Positions 12,000-25,778 of a stretch of DNA of 64,000 nucleotides are shown here, one piece after another; the stretch's first letter is position 1, and the number at the start of each line of letters is the position of its first letter. A program made the position numbers and the translations under genes. The DNA is taken from positions 107,198,001 through 107,262,000 of the forward strand of contig OX597818.1 of the NCBI GenBank assembly GCA_951406725.2, in the 5' to 3' direction. Origin of the DNA: Octopus vulgaris. Lineage: Eukaryota. The notes beneath the pieces were generated by a model. That model worked only from the letters and a program-made list of their open reading frames with translations. It searched no databases and was not told the DNA's origin.

Positions 12000-12740
12000 C
12001 ATGCATATATATATGTATGTGTGTGTATTTGTACCAGTACACTTGTGCACACATACACAACATACACGATACATGTGTACGCATGTGTGCGCATATATAA
12101 CATACATGTACTCACATGAATGCACAGACGTGCATACTTATATGTGTCTGCAGTGTGTGTGTGTACATGTTATTGCTGTTGTACATATTGTTGTTACTGT
12201 TTAGTTGTTGTTAGTGAGATAAGGGTGGAGATCCATATTCTTCTCCATCCTCAGTATTTAAATTAAAATCTGACAATTGCTGTTGGTAATATTGTTGTGT
12301 TTGCAATTTCATTAATCGGAGCATTCACAGTTGCAGAATCCTATTTCTGTTTCTATTTTACAATAAAGAATCAAACTGATATTGGAGGCAAAGATTTATA
12401 TTATTTACATAATTCTTATTCTTTGGTTTTTGTGCAATTGGCTGTGAAGAATTAGTTCCAAGAAAAAACAAAAAAACAATTTATAAATGGAGAAGATTGA
12501 TTTTCTTTCTGTTGAGTGGGTTTTATAAAGTAAATTTTTCTTTTTCTTTACTTTAGCCCTTCTCTTTAATTTGTTTGTTTTGTTAATAGATATTTTAAAT
12601 ATTTCAGAATTTATAGAACTATCACACTTATGAAGAGTTAACCAAGTAGATATGGTACTTTAAGTTCAAACTAAAGCTTCCTCACATCAAATTCATACAC
12701 ATTATATCATTTCTAGCTACCGGATTAAATGTAGATGACT

Positions 12741-13343
12741 TTCTATATTTAAGAGATGAGGAATTATTTACATTATTTACATTTGACGGATATTTGCCCT
12801 CATCTTGCTTGTTGTTAACTCAATGTTTCTGCTGATATACCCTCCAGCCTTTATCAGGTGCCTTGGGGAAATTTCGAACCTGGGTTCTCATTCCTAAGGT
12901 ATTTTTTGATGATATTATTATTATTATTATTACTATTATTATTATTATTATTATTCAGAACACTGCCCGTGGGCATATGACATAGTGGTTAAGAGTACGG
13001 GCTACTAACCCCAAGATTCCAAGTTCGATTCCTGGCAGTGAGCTGAACCATCATCATTGTCCTCATCATTTAACGTCCGATTTCCATGCTAGCATGGGTT
13101 GGATGATCTGACTCAGGACTGGCAAACCATATGGCTGCACCAGGTGCCAATCTGATCTGACAGAGTTTCTACAGCTGGATGCCCTTCCTAACGCCAACCA
13201 CTCTGAGAGTGTAGTGGGTGCTTTTACGTGCCACCGGCATGAGGGCCAGTCAGATGGTACTGGCATCAGCCATGCTCAAATGGTGTTTTTTACATGCCAC
13301 CTGCACTGGAGCCAGTCTAGTGGCACTGGCAACGACCTCGCTC

Positions 13344-13399
<56 letters not shown>

Positions 13400-13568
13400 T
13401 AATAATAATAATAATAATAATAACAATAACATCGAAAATTATCTTAGGAATGAGAACCCAAGTTCGAAATTTCCCCAAGATGCCTGATGAAGGCTGGAGG
13501 GTATATCAGCCGAAACGTGTTAACAACAAACAAGATGAGGACAAATATCTGTCAAATGTAAATAATGT
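12741..13568. mobile_element. Palindromic tRNA-head/(AAT)n/hammerhead element, locus 1 (left arm minus 12741-12968; right arm plus 12971-13568, interrupted by an RTE tail)
   Basis: The arms are reverse complements. Head gggcatatgacatagtggttaagag...ctactaacccc...aagttcgattcc (A/B boxes). CTGATGA-a-GGCTG-gagggtatat-CAGCC-GAAAC at 13484-13516. Confidence 0.85.
13049..13343 (-). mobile_element. RTE 3' fragment nested in the palindromic element
   Basis: Same terminus as 6364-6600, inserted at the start of the (AAT)n spacer. Confidence 0.9.
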
Positions 13569-13696
13569 CGATGACTTTGTTAGCCTATTCCAATGGAATA
13601 GCTACCAGACCTGTGAAAATGCTATGATGATACCCTAATGTCTGGTATCATAGATGGAAGTACCAAGTCTGTTGGAAATATGATGATAACCCAAAG

Positions 13697-13915
13697 GTGG
13701 CAAACTAGCAGAGTTGTTAGCAGGCTGGAGAAAATGCTTAGCAGTGCTCTGTCTGTTTGTGTGTTTGTGTTCAAATGCTGCCAAGGTTGACTTTACCTTG
13801 CAATTCTTTTGGGTCAATTAAATAAGTACCATCTGAACAGCAGGATCAATGTAACCGAATTACCCAACTCCTCTGAAATTGCTGGCATTGTGCCAAACTT
13901 TGAAAGTCATATTAT
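13697..13915 (+). mobile_element. SINE family C (diverged; further copies at ~40912-41105, ~50305-50440, ~58181-58390)
   Basis: Shared ggtgg.ga.ct.gcaga..tgttagca...aaatgcttagc...ttcaaat.c.gcc.aggt.gacttt...aataagtacca...aaattgctggc.ttgtgccaaa. Confidence 0.65.
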
Positions 13916-14859
13916 GATGATAGCCTTACCTTATCTGGGGACAAGATTCCTCTCTGGCCTTCTTAATCCTTTAAAACTGGAGTCAAGGCTTAGGTTTATC
14001 TGTGCCTGACTTCTAAGCAGAACATTTACTTTAATCAAATCAGATTGACTTAGACTGTTGAGGCAGACATGGTGAATGCTCAGTTGAAATAACTGTTGAT
14101 TGATGTCTATGAGGGGATGGGGAAGCCCTTGAATGGGAAATAATTTTAGGGATTAACATTTTAAGTGGTGGGGTGGAATATGGAAGAAGATATTTAGAGC
14201 ACGATCCAAGGATGAGGGAAGAAAAGAAGAGCTGAATAAAGAGGTATGTATGTAGTTTGTTACTTAAGGCAAGCAAAGGCTGTCATGGTGGTGGTGACGG
14301 TGGTGGTGGTGGCAGTGGTGGTAGTAGTAGTAGCAGCAGCAGCCATGGTGGTGGTGGTGGTGGTGATATTACAATCAGCATGCTTCTGCGTTTGTTGATA
14401 TTGCTATCCTTCTGTTCCAGGTCAGCTCTGATTCAGCAGATCTATGATGAAAGACAATCCAGATAAGACCATCCCATCTTTTTCCCAGCACAATATACTC
14501 ACGACCCCATTATCCAATATGCTATTCTTTCCAAGCTTCCGGGGCATGGTTTGAGGGAAATTTAGGTTTTTTTTCCTACAAATTGAGTGACTGCATCGAA
14601 AGCACATTTTTTCTTGTCTTCCTTTTACTTGGTGGCTCTGGATGAAAGGGTTATGCCTGTAGCCTTTCAAAAATTTTTGTTACCACTTGAACATAGAAGG
14701 TACAAATAGATACATATATGTATATATGCATGTATGTGTGTATATATATATACTGTTGTGTCTGGGGAGAGTCATTTTCCTTTTGTGCCTTATAAATCCA
14801 AAACGAAATATATATATATATATACACAAATATATATAAGTAACAGTAGAGGTACTGGT

Positions 14860-16360
14860 GTCAATCCATTATGGCCATTTCTAATGACAGGTTTCCATTG
14901 CAAGATCCTCCCGCCAAGTGTTCTGCATCTTCCTGAGAGATCGCTGCAGTAGTGATTTTACACTGTTGTAGTGGGCAAGTGCTAGATTTTACTGCACAGT
15001 TGAAAGTCCTCTGCACTACTATACATTGTGGGCATGGCACTTTATGACCAGCAGTCACTGAAGTTCAGCATCATTTTCATCAAACGAGTCTCTGTGTCTG
15101 GCAGTAGCATATCTCAGTGAAAAACCTGGTCTCAAAAATCTTCCTATGTTGTAGTATTTTCAATGCTAGATGAACAATTCTGAAACTCTTTCCTCACCAC
15201 AGCATCATATATCTTATGGACATTCAGACTCCAAGGAATGGCAACTGGATCTCTTCTTTCTTTCATTCTGATCATCATCAGGAACTTTGCTCACACCAGG
15301 CTGTGGTCTATCCAGCACTCCAAACCATGAACGGACTAGACATTACAAATGTTGTAGATGTCACACTTGCGAGTGAAGACATAATCCAGCAAGTGCCAAA
15401 CTTTAGACCTTGGGTACATCCACGTTGTTGTGTGATCACCTCTGTGCATAAAACGAGTGCTTGCAATGTAGAGCCCATGTTCATCACAAAGCTTCAGCAG
15501 CATGAGACCATTGCTATTCATCTTCCCTGTACCAAAACATCCAAGAGAGTTCTACGTCTGCCAATCTGTTCCAACCCTGGCATTGAAATTCCCCAGTAGA
15601 ATGACTTTATCAGAGTTGGGGATTTTCCCAAGTATGGCTCTCAGCTGAGGACAGAAAATAGTTTTATCTTCATCACAATTGATCATCGTAGGTGCTAGGC
15701 ACTTATTAGAGCAGCAAACCACACACCTCTCAGGTGCAAACGTAGAGTCGTTAGACGATCATTTATAGGAACAAGAAGCTCCTCCAACTTCTTAAGGATT
15801 TCAGATCAAACTGCAAAGCCAACACCAGCCTCTCTGTTCTCCTCCTTCAGTTTCCCCTTTCAAAAAAAGGTGTATCCACCTCCTACTTCCTGAAGCTGAC
15901 CATTACCTTTTATATGAATCTCTGAAATTACAGCTATATCAGTGTTTTAATGGTTCAGCAGAGCATCTTTCAAGCCTACAGTCGCTCTTGTTATCCAACA
16001 GAGTGCACGCATTCCAACATGAAATATTCAAGTTCCAACCAGATTTTGTAAGTATTCTCTTTGCTTTTCAAGTGCAGGATGGACATCCGTCAGTTGCACT
16101 AAACTGACCACAAAGAGAAAGACAGGCAAATTTTGGTTCACCCTTTCTAGAACCTCCCCAAACTCCAAGTGGGCTGTGCCCTCCCCAAATGGAGCTGTTC
16201 AGACACCCATGCAGCAATTGAATCCCATTGCTGTCTTGGGCAAGTAGGAGATGACTTTGTATCTAACATGGCCCACCTATGTGCAGGTCGCTAACTCCAT
16301 GCTTCCAACCCCTCAGGTCTGTATACTTCACCACCTTCCCATCGCCACAGGACTTCCAAA
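14860..16360 (-). mobile_element. Degraded RTE (BovB-like) LINE: 5' UTR plus AP-endonuclease, internally deleted
   Basis: Minus strand GNGQLQEVGGGYTFF.KG...REAGVGFA (~15820-15905) and NSNGLMLLKLCDEHGL...TTWMYPRSKVWHLLDYV (ORF 15336-15521); frameshifts and stops. Confidence 0.85.
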
Positions 16361-16990
16361 TAAAAATACATATAAATATATATTTTAAAAAAACTCATAT
16401 TGGCACCAGGCATCTTGCCTCGGCCTGTCTCTGGATAATGTCAATAGAGTAGAGACGTACATACATACACACATTAAGTCAACATTTGTGCAAAAGAGAT
16501 TAGCAATTTATATATGGAAGTCGCCAAAAGTGATCATTAAACATTATGAGACAACATTAGTAAGCTTTCCGATTGTTTTAAATGTCGTTTGTTTCCCTCA
16601 TATGTTACTGTAATTATAAAGTTTTTTAAAGAGATTTGAGTGAGGTAACCAGACCATGTATACATTTTAGCGATTGTCTTTGTGTCCAGCATATGTTTAT
16701 TATCAAAATCATTAATACTACTCCATAACTAAAATAATGTTTTGATTTGTACATACCATTCTTTGCACGGCAGGGATTCATTCCTTTCCTTCTAAGCTCT
16801 TTGGCTGGGAATAGCTCACTTAGGTCAAAAAAAGACAAAGAATGCAGGAGATAAGGTAATCTCAAAATGGAAGTCACAGCAAATGAGAGGCACCAATTGT
16901 CTCGACCAGCCCACGGTGCATTGCGGTGAGACACTGTAAATTTTACAAATACTTTACCATCATTTATTTTCTGTTTGCTTATATTTGTTA

Positions 16991-17026
<36 letters not shown>

Positions 17027-17032
<6 letters not shown>

Positions 17033-17317
17033 TAGTTTTATTTTTATATTGTGCTTTCACTTCACTACCGAGTGCAGCTCTGTGTGCCTTGGGTATGTGT
17101 TGTGATTTGTTGTGATGCTCTGATGGTTTTGAAAGTATTGAAAGTGTTCTGCGTAGGATGTGTGCAGTGCCCAATAGTGCAATTTTCTGTATGTTATATA
17201 TATTTGTAAGTTCTGGTGATTTTGTTATGTATTTGTCTGAATATTTTTTATCATACTTAATGCGCTTACTATGATAGGAATTGTTTCTGTTTTTAGATTC
17301 CACATTTGAGTTACCTC

Positions 17318-17320
<3 letters not shown>
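17027..17320 (-). mobile_element. R4/Dong-clade LINE 3' fragment inserted in (TAA)n
   Basis: C-terminal KYSDKYITK.P.LTNIYNIQKIALLGTAHILRRTLS typical of R4/Dong ORF ends, short 3' UTR, (TTA)n on both sides (16993-17027, 17320-17403). Confidence 0.85.
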
Positions 17321-17349
<29 letters not shown>

Positions 17350-18341
17350 GTTATTATTGTTATTATTATTATTGTTATTATTGTTATTATTATTATTGTT
17401 ATTGAATGTAATTTTGCCTTTTTTAAATAATGTATAGAGTAATCACGAGTGATGTATAATCTCCTTTGAATGCTATCTTTTATCATTTCTGTTACCACTC
17501 CAGCCTGGATGTGACATTCTAGTCAGCTGAGATAGTGACAAAACTTATGCCAGAGAAACACCATTAATTTACAAGTAAACTTCAAAGAATCACTAACAAA
17601 TAAGAGTGTGACAATTAACTTTGATTTACTGACACCATTTATATTTGACATTTAAGATTAGTATATTCTGTTTCTTCAACATAATCAGGTTAAAACCTAA
17701 CAATTTACAAGGACTCTATCTCACCCGCTTGGCTTTTGTCTTTTTCCTTTTTGTTTATCAGAAAGTTTAGTTTGTTATCAGTGATATTGATGAATGGCAA
17801 TAGCAACAACAACAACAACAACAACAACAGCAGTAACAATAACAACAACAACGATAACAATTGTGCCAACAGCAAAGGAAATAGTGATTGGAACTAGTAA
17901 TGGTAATCACCAGAATAGCATGGAAAGCAGTCACAGAAGCCTCCAAAACAACAAAAAAAAACAACAAAGTCAATAAAAACTGCTACAGAAGAACTGCACA
18001 ATGACAAAAGAATCCAGTGAGAAAGCCTCTACATGGTCATTGAATCTGTTAGAAATAACTGCTAAGTTTTCTTCAAACCATACCTTAAAATTTCAAAAAT
18101 TATTAAGTTCGTCTTGGATGAGGTAATTTTAGACAGGATAGCACAAAGAAGCAACAGAATGGAATGGCATGAATGTATGATTCTGAGGAAGACTAGCTCT
18201 TCTGCAAGAGGCAAAGAAACAACTTTTGTTAAAGAATTTAATTCTTTATGAACCATTCTAGTTCTTTAATTCTGTTATATTTCATCGAAGCACACCAAAT
18301 ATACAGCATGTAGATGTACATAACCCCAACATAAATCATAG

Positions 18342-18503
18342 TGCAGGCCTGGCTGTGTGGTATGAAGTCTGGTTCTTCCTGATCACATGGTTCCAGGTTC
18401 ACTCCCACTATATGTCAGCTTGTGTTAGTGTCTTTTACTACAGTCCTGGGCTGAACAAAGCCTTGTGAGTAGATTTGGTAGATGGAAACAGAAAGAAGCC
18501 TGT

Positions 18504-18543
<40 letters not shown>

Positions 18544-18720
18544 TATATATACACACACACATACACACACATATGCATACACAAACACACACACACACAC
18601 CTGTGTGTGTGCCTTTGTGCCTATGTTTATCCACCACCACTGCAGCTGGTTTGTTTACATCCCTGTAACTTAGCAGCATGGCTGCAGTCTAATTACTGAA
18701 ATGAGTAAAAGATGGAAATA
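18342..18720 (+). mobile_element. SINE family A with expanded internal (TA)n(CA)n
   Basis: Head and gatttggtagatggaaac.gaaagaagcctgt, microsatellite, 3' tail gcagcatggctgcagtctaat.actgaaa. Confidence 0.85.
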
Positions 18721-19032
18721 AGATGCGTATTCACCAGTTTTAAATGTAATCCACATTTCACCTGTGCCCTGAACTCAAAACTCTGCTGACAGATTTATAT
18801 GGATCTCAATGACTAGATTCCTTGTTTTTGTCATTGAACAAGAAACTGGATTGAGTTTGCCAAAAACTAAGCCAAATATTAAATCACCCACCAACAACCT
18901 TTTTTTGTTTCTTTTTTTGGATATTTTTACTCCCAGAAATCTTTGGTTAAGTTTAATCGATTGAAACTAGGAAACCTGCTGTGGAAGTTTGTATTTTGGA
19001 ATCTGCTATAGAATGCATACATTAAGCTATGA

Positions 19033-19360
19033 AGGCATGTGGTTTAGGGGTCAGGGTTTTTGTCTCATGATTGTAAATTCATGAATTTGGTTCTTGGCTG
19101 TGTGTTGGGTCCTTCAGCAAGACACTTCATTTCACATTGCTCCAGTCCACTCAGATGGCAAAAATGAGTTGTACCTGTATTTCAAAGGGCCAGCCTTGTC
19201 ACATTCTGAGTCATACTGAATCTTCCTTGGAACTATGTTAAGGGTACATGTATCTGTGGAGTACTCAGCCACTTGCATGTTAATCTCACAAACAGGCTTG
19301 TTCCATTGATTCAATCAACTGGAACAACACTTGCCATCCTAACTGATGGAGTGTCAGTTA
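19033..19360 (+). mobile_element. SINE family B (second copy on minus strand at ~54400-54650)
   Basis: tRNA-like head, cctt.agcaagacacttcatttcac.ttgctccagtccactcag, tail ctgtggagtactcagccacttgca; mirrored at 54400-54650. Confidence 0.75.
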
Positions 19361-20878
19361 TAAATTGTGTAACAGACTCAAAGATGCACTTTTTTCTAAA
19401 TAAAATATAAACTGGATGGTCATGGCTAGCATGCTTTTAAAGCCAGCTCAATTAAGATTGACCTTAGTTTTTCACAAGAAACTCTGAAACTCATTTGAAG
19501 TATTTTACTAGATTCTAGTTGTTGTCGCTTTTTAAAGCTGTTCTATAAAATCTCTTTTTTCACCAATATATTTTTTATTTGTAATGACAACATAAAAGCT
19601 GATGTGGTTCCATCCAAAGGATCCTTCTTTCTTTTCTTCTTCAATTATTATTGTTATTTGTCTCTGTTAATGGCATTAAAGCAAAAAATACATAGTTTCA
19701 CAATGGGTTGTGAAAATTATTTGAAGCACAGTTAATTTACTGAAAAAATAGAAATATAATCAAAATAATATTATTGAATTAATAACAAAAAGGAAAGCTA
19801 ATTATAAGCAAAACCATCAATTGAAGAAATACAAGAATTTGTTGAATTCTAATAGGAAATTCATGGATACAGAAGTTGTTTGTGACAAATGCACCAAATG
19901 ATCAAGACACCATGGCAGCTAGTGGTAAATAATACCACAGAGTGATACAGTGCAATGCAGTAAACAGCAGCAGCAGCAGAATAACTGACTGGAATTCCAT
20001 TAGCCTTCACTTCTGTCTCTGTCCTTCAGTTTGTGCTTCAATCGGGAAAGAAGCATTCATTCCACAACTCTGTTTCAACCAATTCTATGGCCAATAAATT
20101 AAACAAAAGCAAACTTGATATAAATGAACTGGATGTTATAAACTGACAGCGAGTTGGACTTGGTGCTGTTACATATTCTATGATTACCTTTTCTCTTATT
20201 CTTACAAGAGTTATTCAAAAGCATTCCCACAGCCTATAAAATAACAACTCTCAAATAACGGGCAATGTATTAAACCATTAATTCCTTCGTTCCTTATGGC
20301 CAAACAACTCACTGAACTTTTCTACAAACCTCTTGATCGATTAATTTTGCCAACAGATCTAGCAGTGTAGCATGGAGTTTGGCCATTCTGTGTGGTACCT
20401 AAATTTCATTCCCATCACCATTGGAATGTCTTATTAGGCGGGTAGGAACAGATTCACATGAACAAGTAATGACTAACTAGACTGCTATCCAGGTAGCATC
20501 TTCCGTAGAAGAAGGGATACCACAATCAACATCGCATATCTGCTATACCCTAGAGAACCTCACAGCAGAGATTCCTCCACATGCATTCCAGAGGACCCAC
20601 AATTTATAACTTCCCACACTTTCTGTCATGTGTTGTTAACAGTATCTGGCAAGGAAGATTATTCTTTCTCAACAAAATCCATAGTGTAGCTCTAAATATC
20701 ATTCTTCCTTCCTTAAATGTAGCGTACCTTTGTCTATATCAACCAGACAGGTGACCCTCCAGAAGAGTTCACACAATCTATACACCCAACTCTATACTAT
20801 AGCACAAATATCCACCATTTTCTTTTGTTTCTGTATTTTATGGGGAAAAAAATTGTATTCTTATAAACACTATGAATA

Positions 20879-22118
20879 CAGGGTGTCCCAAAATTAAGGC
20901 AACCGAAGTTTTGGGCTTTAATAACTATCAATAAAGGAGATAAAATATGAAAATTACACATCGTTATAAAAGCTTAGTGTGTCTTCTTTTTGTTTCAGAT
21001 TAAATAAATTCAGATTTATAGATTAGATAATCGCTATAGACCAAAATACTATCATAACCCTCCACAGAGTAGATGAAAGTAATACAGTTAAAGCAAAAAA
21101 ATTTAAAATTAAGTAAAATAACAGTCTGGAAAATTGTCAAGAAATTTCAAGAGACTGGTTCCACCATTGATCGACCTGAACTTGGCCAAAAAAGAAGTGT
21201 GTGGACCCCTTAGCTTATCAAAAATACCAGAGAAAAGATACAGTGAAATCTTCATCATTCCGTCAGAAAACTGGCTGCAAAAATAAGCTGAACATTGATG
21301 TAGCAAGTGCCGAAGGAGGATCTCAGGACCCACCCCTACAAGATGATCTGCCATCATGAGCTCACACAAGTTTATAAAGCCATGAGACTGGAGATAAATT
21401 GTTTTATCCTGCATCAGATTGCTGAAGATACGCTACCCAATCTGATGTTTACCGATGAAAAATAATTTGACCTCAAACAGACAGTAAACCATCAGAATGA
21501 CCGACTTTGGAGTGTATCTTGCTCCATCGACGGTAGACTCATAAATCGACGTGAAAATCCACAGTCGTAATGGTTTGAGTGGTTGTGACATCCCTGGGAG
21601 GTCACCCCTCGTTTTTGTGCCTTTGGTAATTAAAATTAACACCCAACGATATATTAATGACATTCTGGAAGCTGAACTGCTTCCATGGGCGAATGAAAAG
21701 TTTTAAGGACTCAGTATCATCCAGAAACAACACTGGATTCAAGAAACATTCCCTCATTCATAGGCAAGGATGTATGGCCCTCAAGAAGCCCTGATCTCAA
21801 CCCGTTGGGTCTTTCTGTTCGATCCATTTTCGAGACAAGGGTCAAGCTCTTCTCATGCTTTGCTTATCACTCTGAAGACAAAACTGTGCTAGGAATGGGC
21901 TTTGATTCCACAAGAACAGTTGTGTGTCACATGTGAAACATTTACACCTAGACTTAAGGCTGTAATTTGAAACAGAGGTGGTCATATCGAATAAATGTGG
22001 TAGTGTGATAATTGTGCTTCCTTTACGATTGCATTGCAACACTCAGACCTGAAATATGACAATATTTTGCTTTGGCAAAATTGAAAAAAGTTGGTTACCT
22101 TAATTTTGGGACACCTTG
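20879..22118 (+). mobile_element. Tc1/mariner superfamily transposon (maT/DD37D-like), degraded
   Basis: 26-bp TIRs cagggtgtcccaaaattaaggcaacc / ggttaccttaattttgggacaccttg, TA at the left end. Transposase remnants PNLMFTDEK*FDLKQTVNHQNDRLW (~21436) and WPSRSPDLNPL (~21775). Confidence 0.9.
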
Positions 22119-22583
22119 AATAGTTGGCTGTAAAATTAAGTTTTACCATGATCGAGAAACAAGTAAATTTGATCACTGTTAAACAAATTTAATTAATGAT
22201 ATTTCCCACATTTATTCTGTGTATAATAAATGGAACAAATATTTATTCATGAGATCAGACTTTCAAATTCAGAATTTGTCAAATTTCTTTCCGGCAACCA
22301 CTTTTGCCAATAACTTCTACAAGTGATTTCAGTTAATATTGAAGATCTTTTGAGAAAATATGGAAGTTGGCAAATATCTTTGCATTGTCTCTGTCACACC
22401 ATTTGTGTTTTTCTTGGAACTAATGATACATAATGGTTATTGATGTAGATGTAATGTTTAACTAAATATCAGTCTACATCTGTTTTATTTTAGATGGTAC
22501 AAATAGAATCTGCTGAGACAATGATTGACAACATATTCTTTAAGAATCTTTTATCTTTATGCTTCCATGCATGAGTATGAATG

Positions 22584-22977
22584 GGTGTAGGAATGGCTAT
22601 GAGGTAAGAAATTTGCTTCAAAACCACATGGTTCCAGGTTCAGTTCCACTGCATGGAACCTTAGGTAAGTGTCTTCTACTATTGTCTTGGGCCAACCAAA
22701 GCCTTGTTAGTAAATTTGGTAGACAAAAACAGAAAGAATCCCATGGGGTGTGTGTGAGTGTCTATGCATATGTTTGTGTCTTTGTATCTGTGTTTGTCCT
22801 CCTACCACTGTCTGACAACCTGTGTTGGTGCATTTACATCCCCATCACTTAACAGTTTGATAAACAAGACCACTAGAATAAGTACTAGGGTCTATTTATT
22901 GAGTTGAAATCCTTGAAGGCAATGCCCAAGCATGGTCGCAGTCTAATGACTGTATGAAGTAAAAGATTAAAGATAAA
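22584..22977 (+). mobile_element. SINE family A, full length, diverged
   Basis: Collinear with 61565-61980. Confidence 0.85.
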
Positions 22978-23379
22978 GGAGATCAGCATAAATTAAGGCA
23001 TATGCCTTTATTTGTTTCCAGAAGATTCTTCAAATGCCACTGGAAAAAAGAAACCACATTCCTTAATATTTCTCCGCATGGAGATATAGTCTTCTCTGCT
23101 GTATGACGTTTCTCAATTTTAACTGATGTTAAATATTTGGCTCATTTCTATTTCCTAATTAGGAACTGTTAATGCATAAATTACGTGTAACATTTTTTTT
23201 ACAAAGGAATTATGACATTTAAAAATGGGTTTCATTTGATTAGCATTTGTATATTTACAAAGTGTATGTTGCCATTTCAACTCCATTTGCCATCTTAAAA
23301 TCTGTTACAATAATAAAAGTTATGAGAAGAAACCATGACCTTCAAAGTTGTAATTACAAATGACTTCTCAACTCAACGA

Positions 23380-24260
23380 CTAAACGACTAAACCAACAAT
23401 CCACCAATGTTTTTGGATTGCAGTTTAACTCTTACATTTTGTTGGTTCAGATGGAAACTCTGCACTCTTCCACAGCACATTGTTTCTGGCAAAATCTTTT
23501 AAATAATGCTATTGTTTCAGGAAGATTGAAAAGACATTTAACTACTAAACATGCGAGTCATAGGAATAAAGATTTTCAACTATTTCAAAAGACACTTGAA
23601 CAAGATACAAAACAAGCAAGGTATTAAAAAATTAGAAAGTACCTAACAAAGCTTAGATTACTTTTTATAAATCACCACAAATACCAACGCAACGAACGAA
23701 AGTTAATACAATAGCTATCTTACTTATTTTTGCAACCTGCCATTCAATTTGAGAACAATGTCTGGGTGAAACACAACAAGAAATTACTAAAATTCAATTT
23801 TCTATTAACATAATTTGAAAGAAAATAATTGAAATGTCTTCTAACATCAAGGAACATGATTCTTTTGATTTAAAGGAATTGAATATTGCTTTACAATCTG
23901 AAGATACTTTCAATATTAGCAGGAGCACAACTGTTAGAATTTGTTCAATTCATCTAATGAATTGAAATTCCGAGCCAACTTTTATAGTGTTGAAACCTTC
24001 AAAGACATACTAGAATTCAAAATATACTTGATAGCTAGACTGCCAACTTTGAAAAATTATAACTTTCATCCAAGAATGTCATATGAATTGTTGCCCAGAT
24101 GACAGTTCAATCATAAAAGATTTCCACAATGGTAAAAATCCAAGTTATGATACTTCATTCATTACAAGCTACATAGGGAGGCTTTTATAGAAAGACTTCA
24201 GGAAAAGAATAGAAATTTTCCTTAGATCAATCTACAATAAAAGACACTTTTGGAATTCAA
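23380..24260 (+). mobile_element. hAT (Buster/Charlie, ZBED5-like) transposase relic
   Basis: NNAIVSGRLKRHLTTKHASHRNKDFQLF (cf. MxPSKLKRHLxTKH), I.EMS.NIKE, IALQSEDTFNI..QLLEFVQF (cf. FALQLDESTD..QLL.FVR); heavily mutated. Confidence 0.65.
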
Positions 24261-25364
24261 TGCCTTTAATACATAAATGATTAAATAAGTTTATAGACTT
24301 GAATATTAGTACTTAGCTAACCAGTAAGATGAAAAACCAAAGTTATAGAAATCACAGTAATTTTTAATATGAAATAGCAAATAATTTTTATGCCTCAGTA
24401 ATAGACTTTAATATATCTGAGTTTCTTTGCAGAAATGAGCAACGACAAAATGGACATAGCTCCTGTTTTTGATATAAGAAAAGTACTTGTTTATTTTCCA
24501 ATGATATAAATATTTGTGTTTCTTTTAGTCCCATGATCAAAGATAACAGAACATTATTAACTGCTAAAGCAAAATATCTAAATCCTTTTTCTTTACCGTT
24601 TCCTTTGATTTTTACAGTAGGTGAAAGATTCTATTTCATATAATCTTAATCTTAAAATGAAACAAGAATTTTCTCGGGTAATAACTAGATGCAGAACCAA
24701 AGAACAGTATTCTTAGATTTGAAATTTGCTTTGCTAAGTGTTTTGAATTCATTGTCCATGAATTATTGTTCCAAGTTTGGATCTTTTGGATGGTAGTGGT
24801 AGCGGTAGTGACAGTGATGGCGGCAGCAGCAGTGGTGGTGGTGGTGGTGGTGGTGGTGGTGGTAGAGGTGAGGTAACAACAGTAGTGGCAGCAATGATGG
24901 GGATGGTCATGATGATGGTGGTATGGATTGTGAGATGGTGAAAATACTTTCATCTGAGAAAGAAAAAAAAATCATTTTGTCAAATCCTCGATTTTTAATG
25001 TCCAGTTTTTTATGTTTAAGCGAATCAGATGGAATTTGCTGATGCAGATTTTCTTGAGTCGGATGCCTTTCCTGTTGCTAACCCTCACCAGTTTCAAAGC
25101 AAAATAATAATTCTTTAGTTTATCAAATACTTGGACACAGTATTTTTGTTTATAAAGATTGTGCAACATACCAAGTCATATCAAAGCACCAAAATGTGCT
25201 TTCATAGTTGAATGTAAGCATACAACATGGCCTGTATTTGATAGGGAGGCCGTTGTTTTGTTTACAGACATTGAACACAAAAAGGCAAGGAGAAATCAAA
25301 TACACTCGTGCTCCCCCCCCCCCCCCCCACATACACACACAAACAGCAGACTTGTTCAGTTTTT

Positions 25365-25528
25365 TACATTATTCACATTCAACGGATATTTGTTCTCATC
25401 TTGTTTGTTGTTAACACAACGTTTCAGCTGATATACTCTCCAACCTTCTTCAGGTGTCTTGGGGAAATTTTGAATCTGGGTTCTCATTCCTAAGGTATTT
25501 TTTGATGTTATTATTATTATTATTATTA

Positions 25529-25567
<39 letters not shown>

Positions 25568-25732
25568 GTGTTCAGGTCACTGCTTGGAATTGAACTCGGA
25601 ATCTTGGGGTTAGTAGCCTGCGCTCTTGTTGGCATATGGCGTGGTTAAGAGCCCAGTTAAGAGTGGTTAAGAGTGCAGGCTACTAACCCCAAGATTCCGA
25701 GTTTGATTCCAAGCAGTGATTTGAACACTAGC

Positions 25733-25778
<46 letters not shown>

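Noticed and set aside
12971-13040. Functional tRNA gene at the head of the palindromic element
   Set aside because: A/B boxes and an anticodon-like loop are present, but there is no acceptor stem or proper cloverleaf; treated as a SINE-type head.
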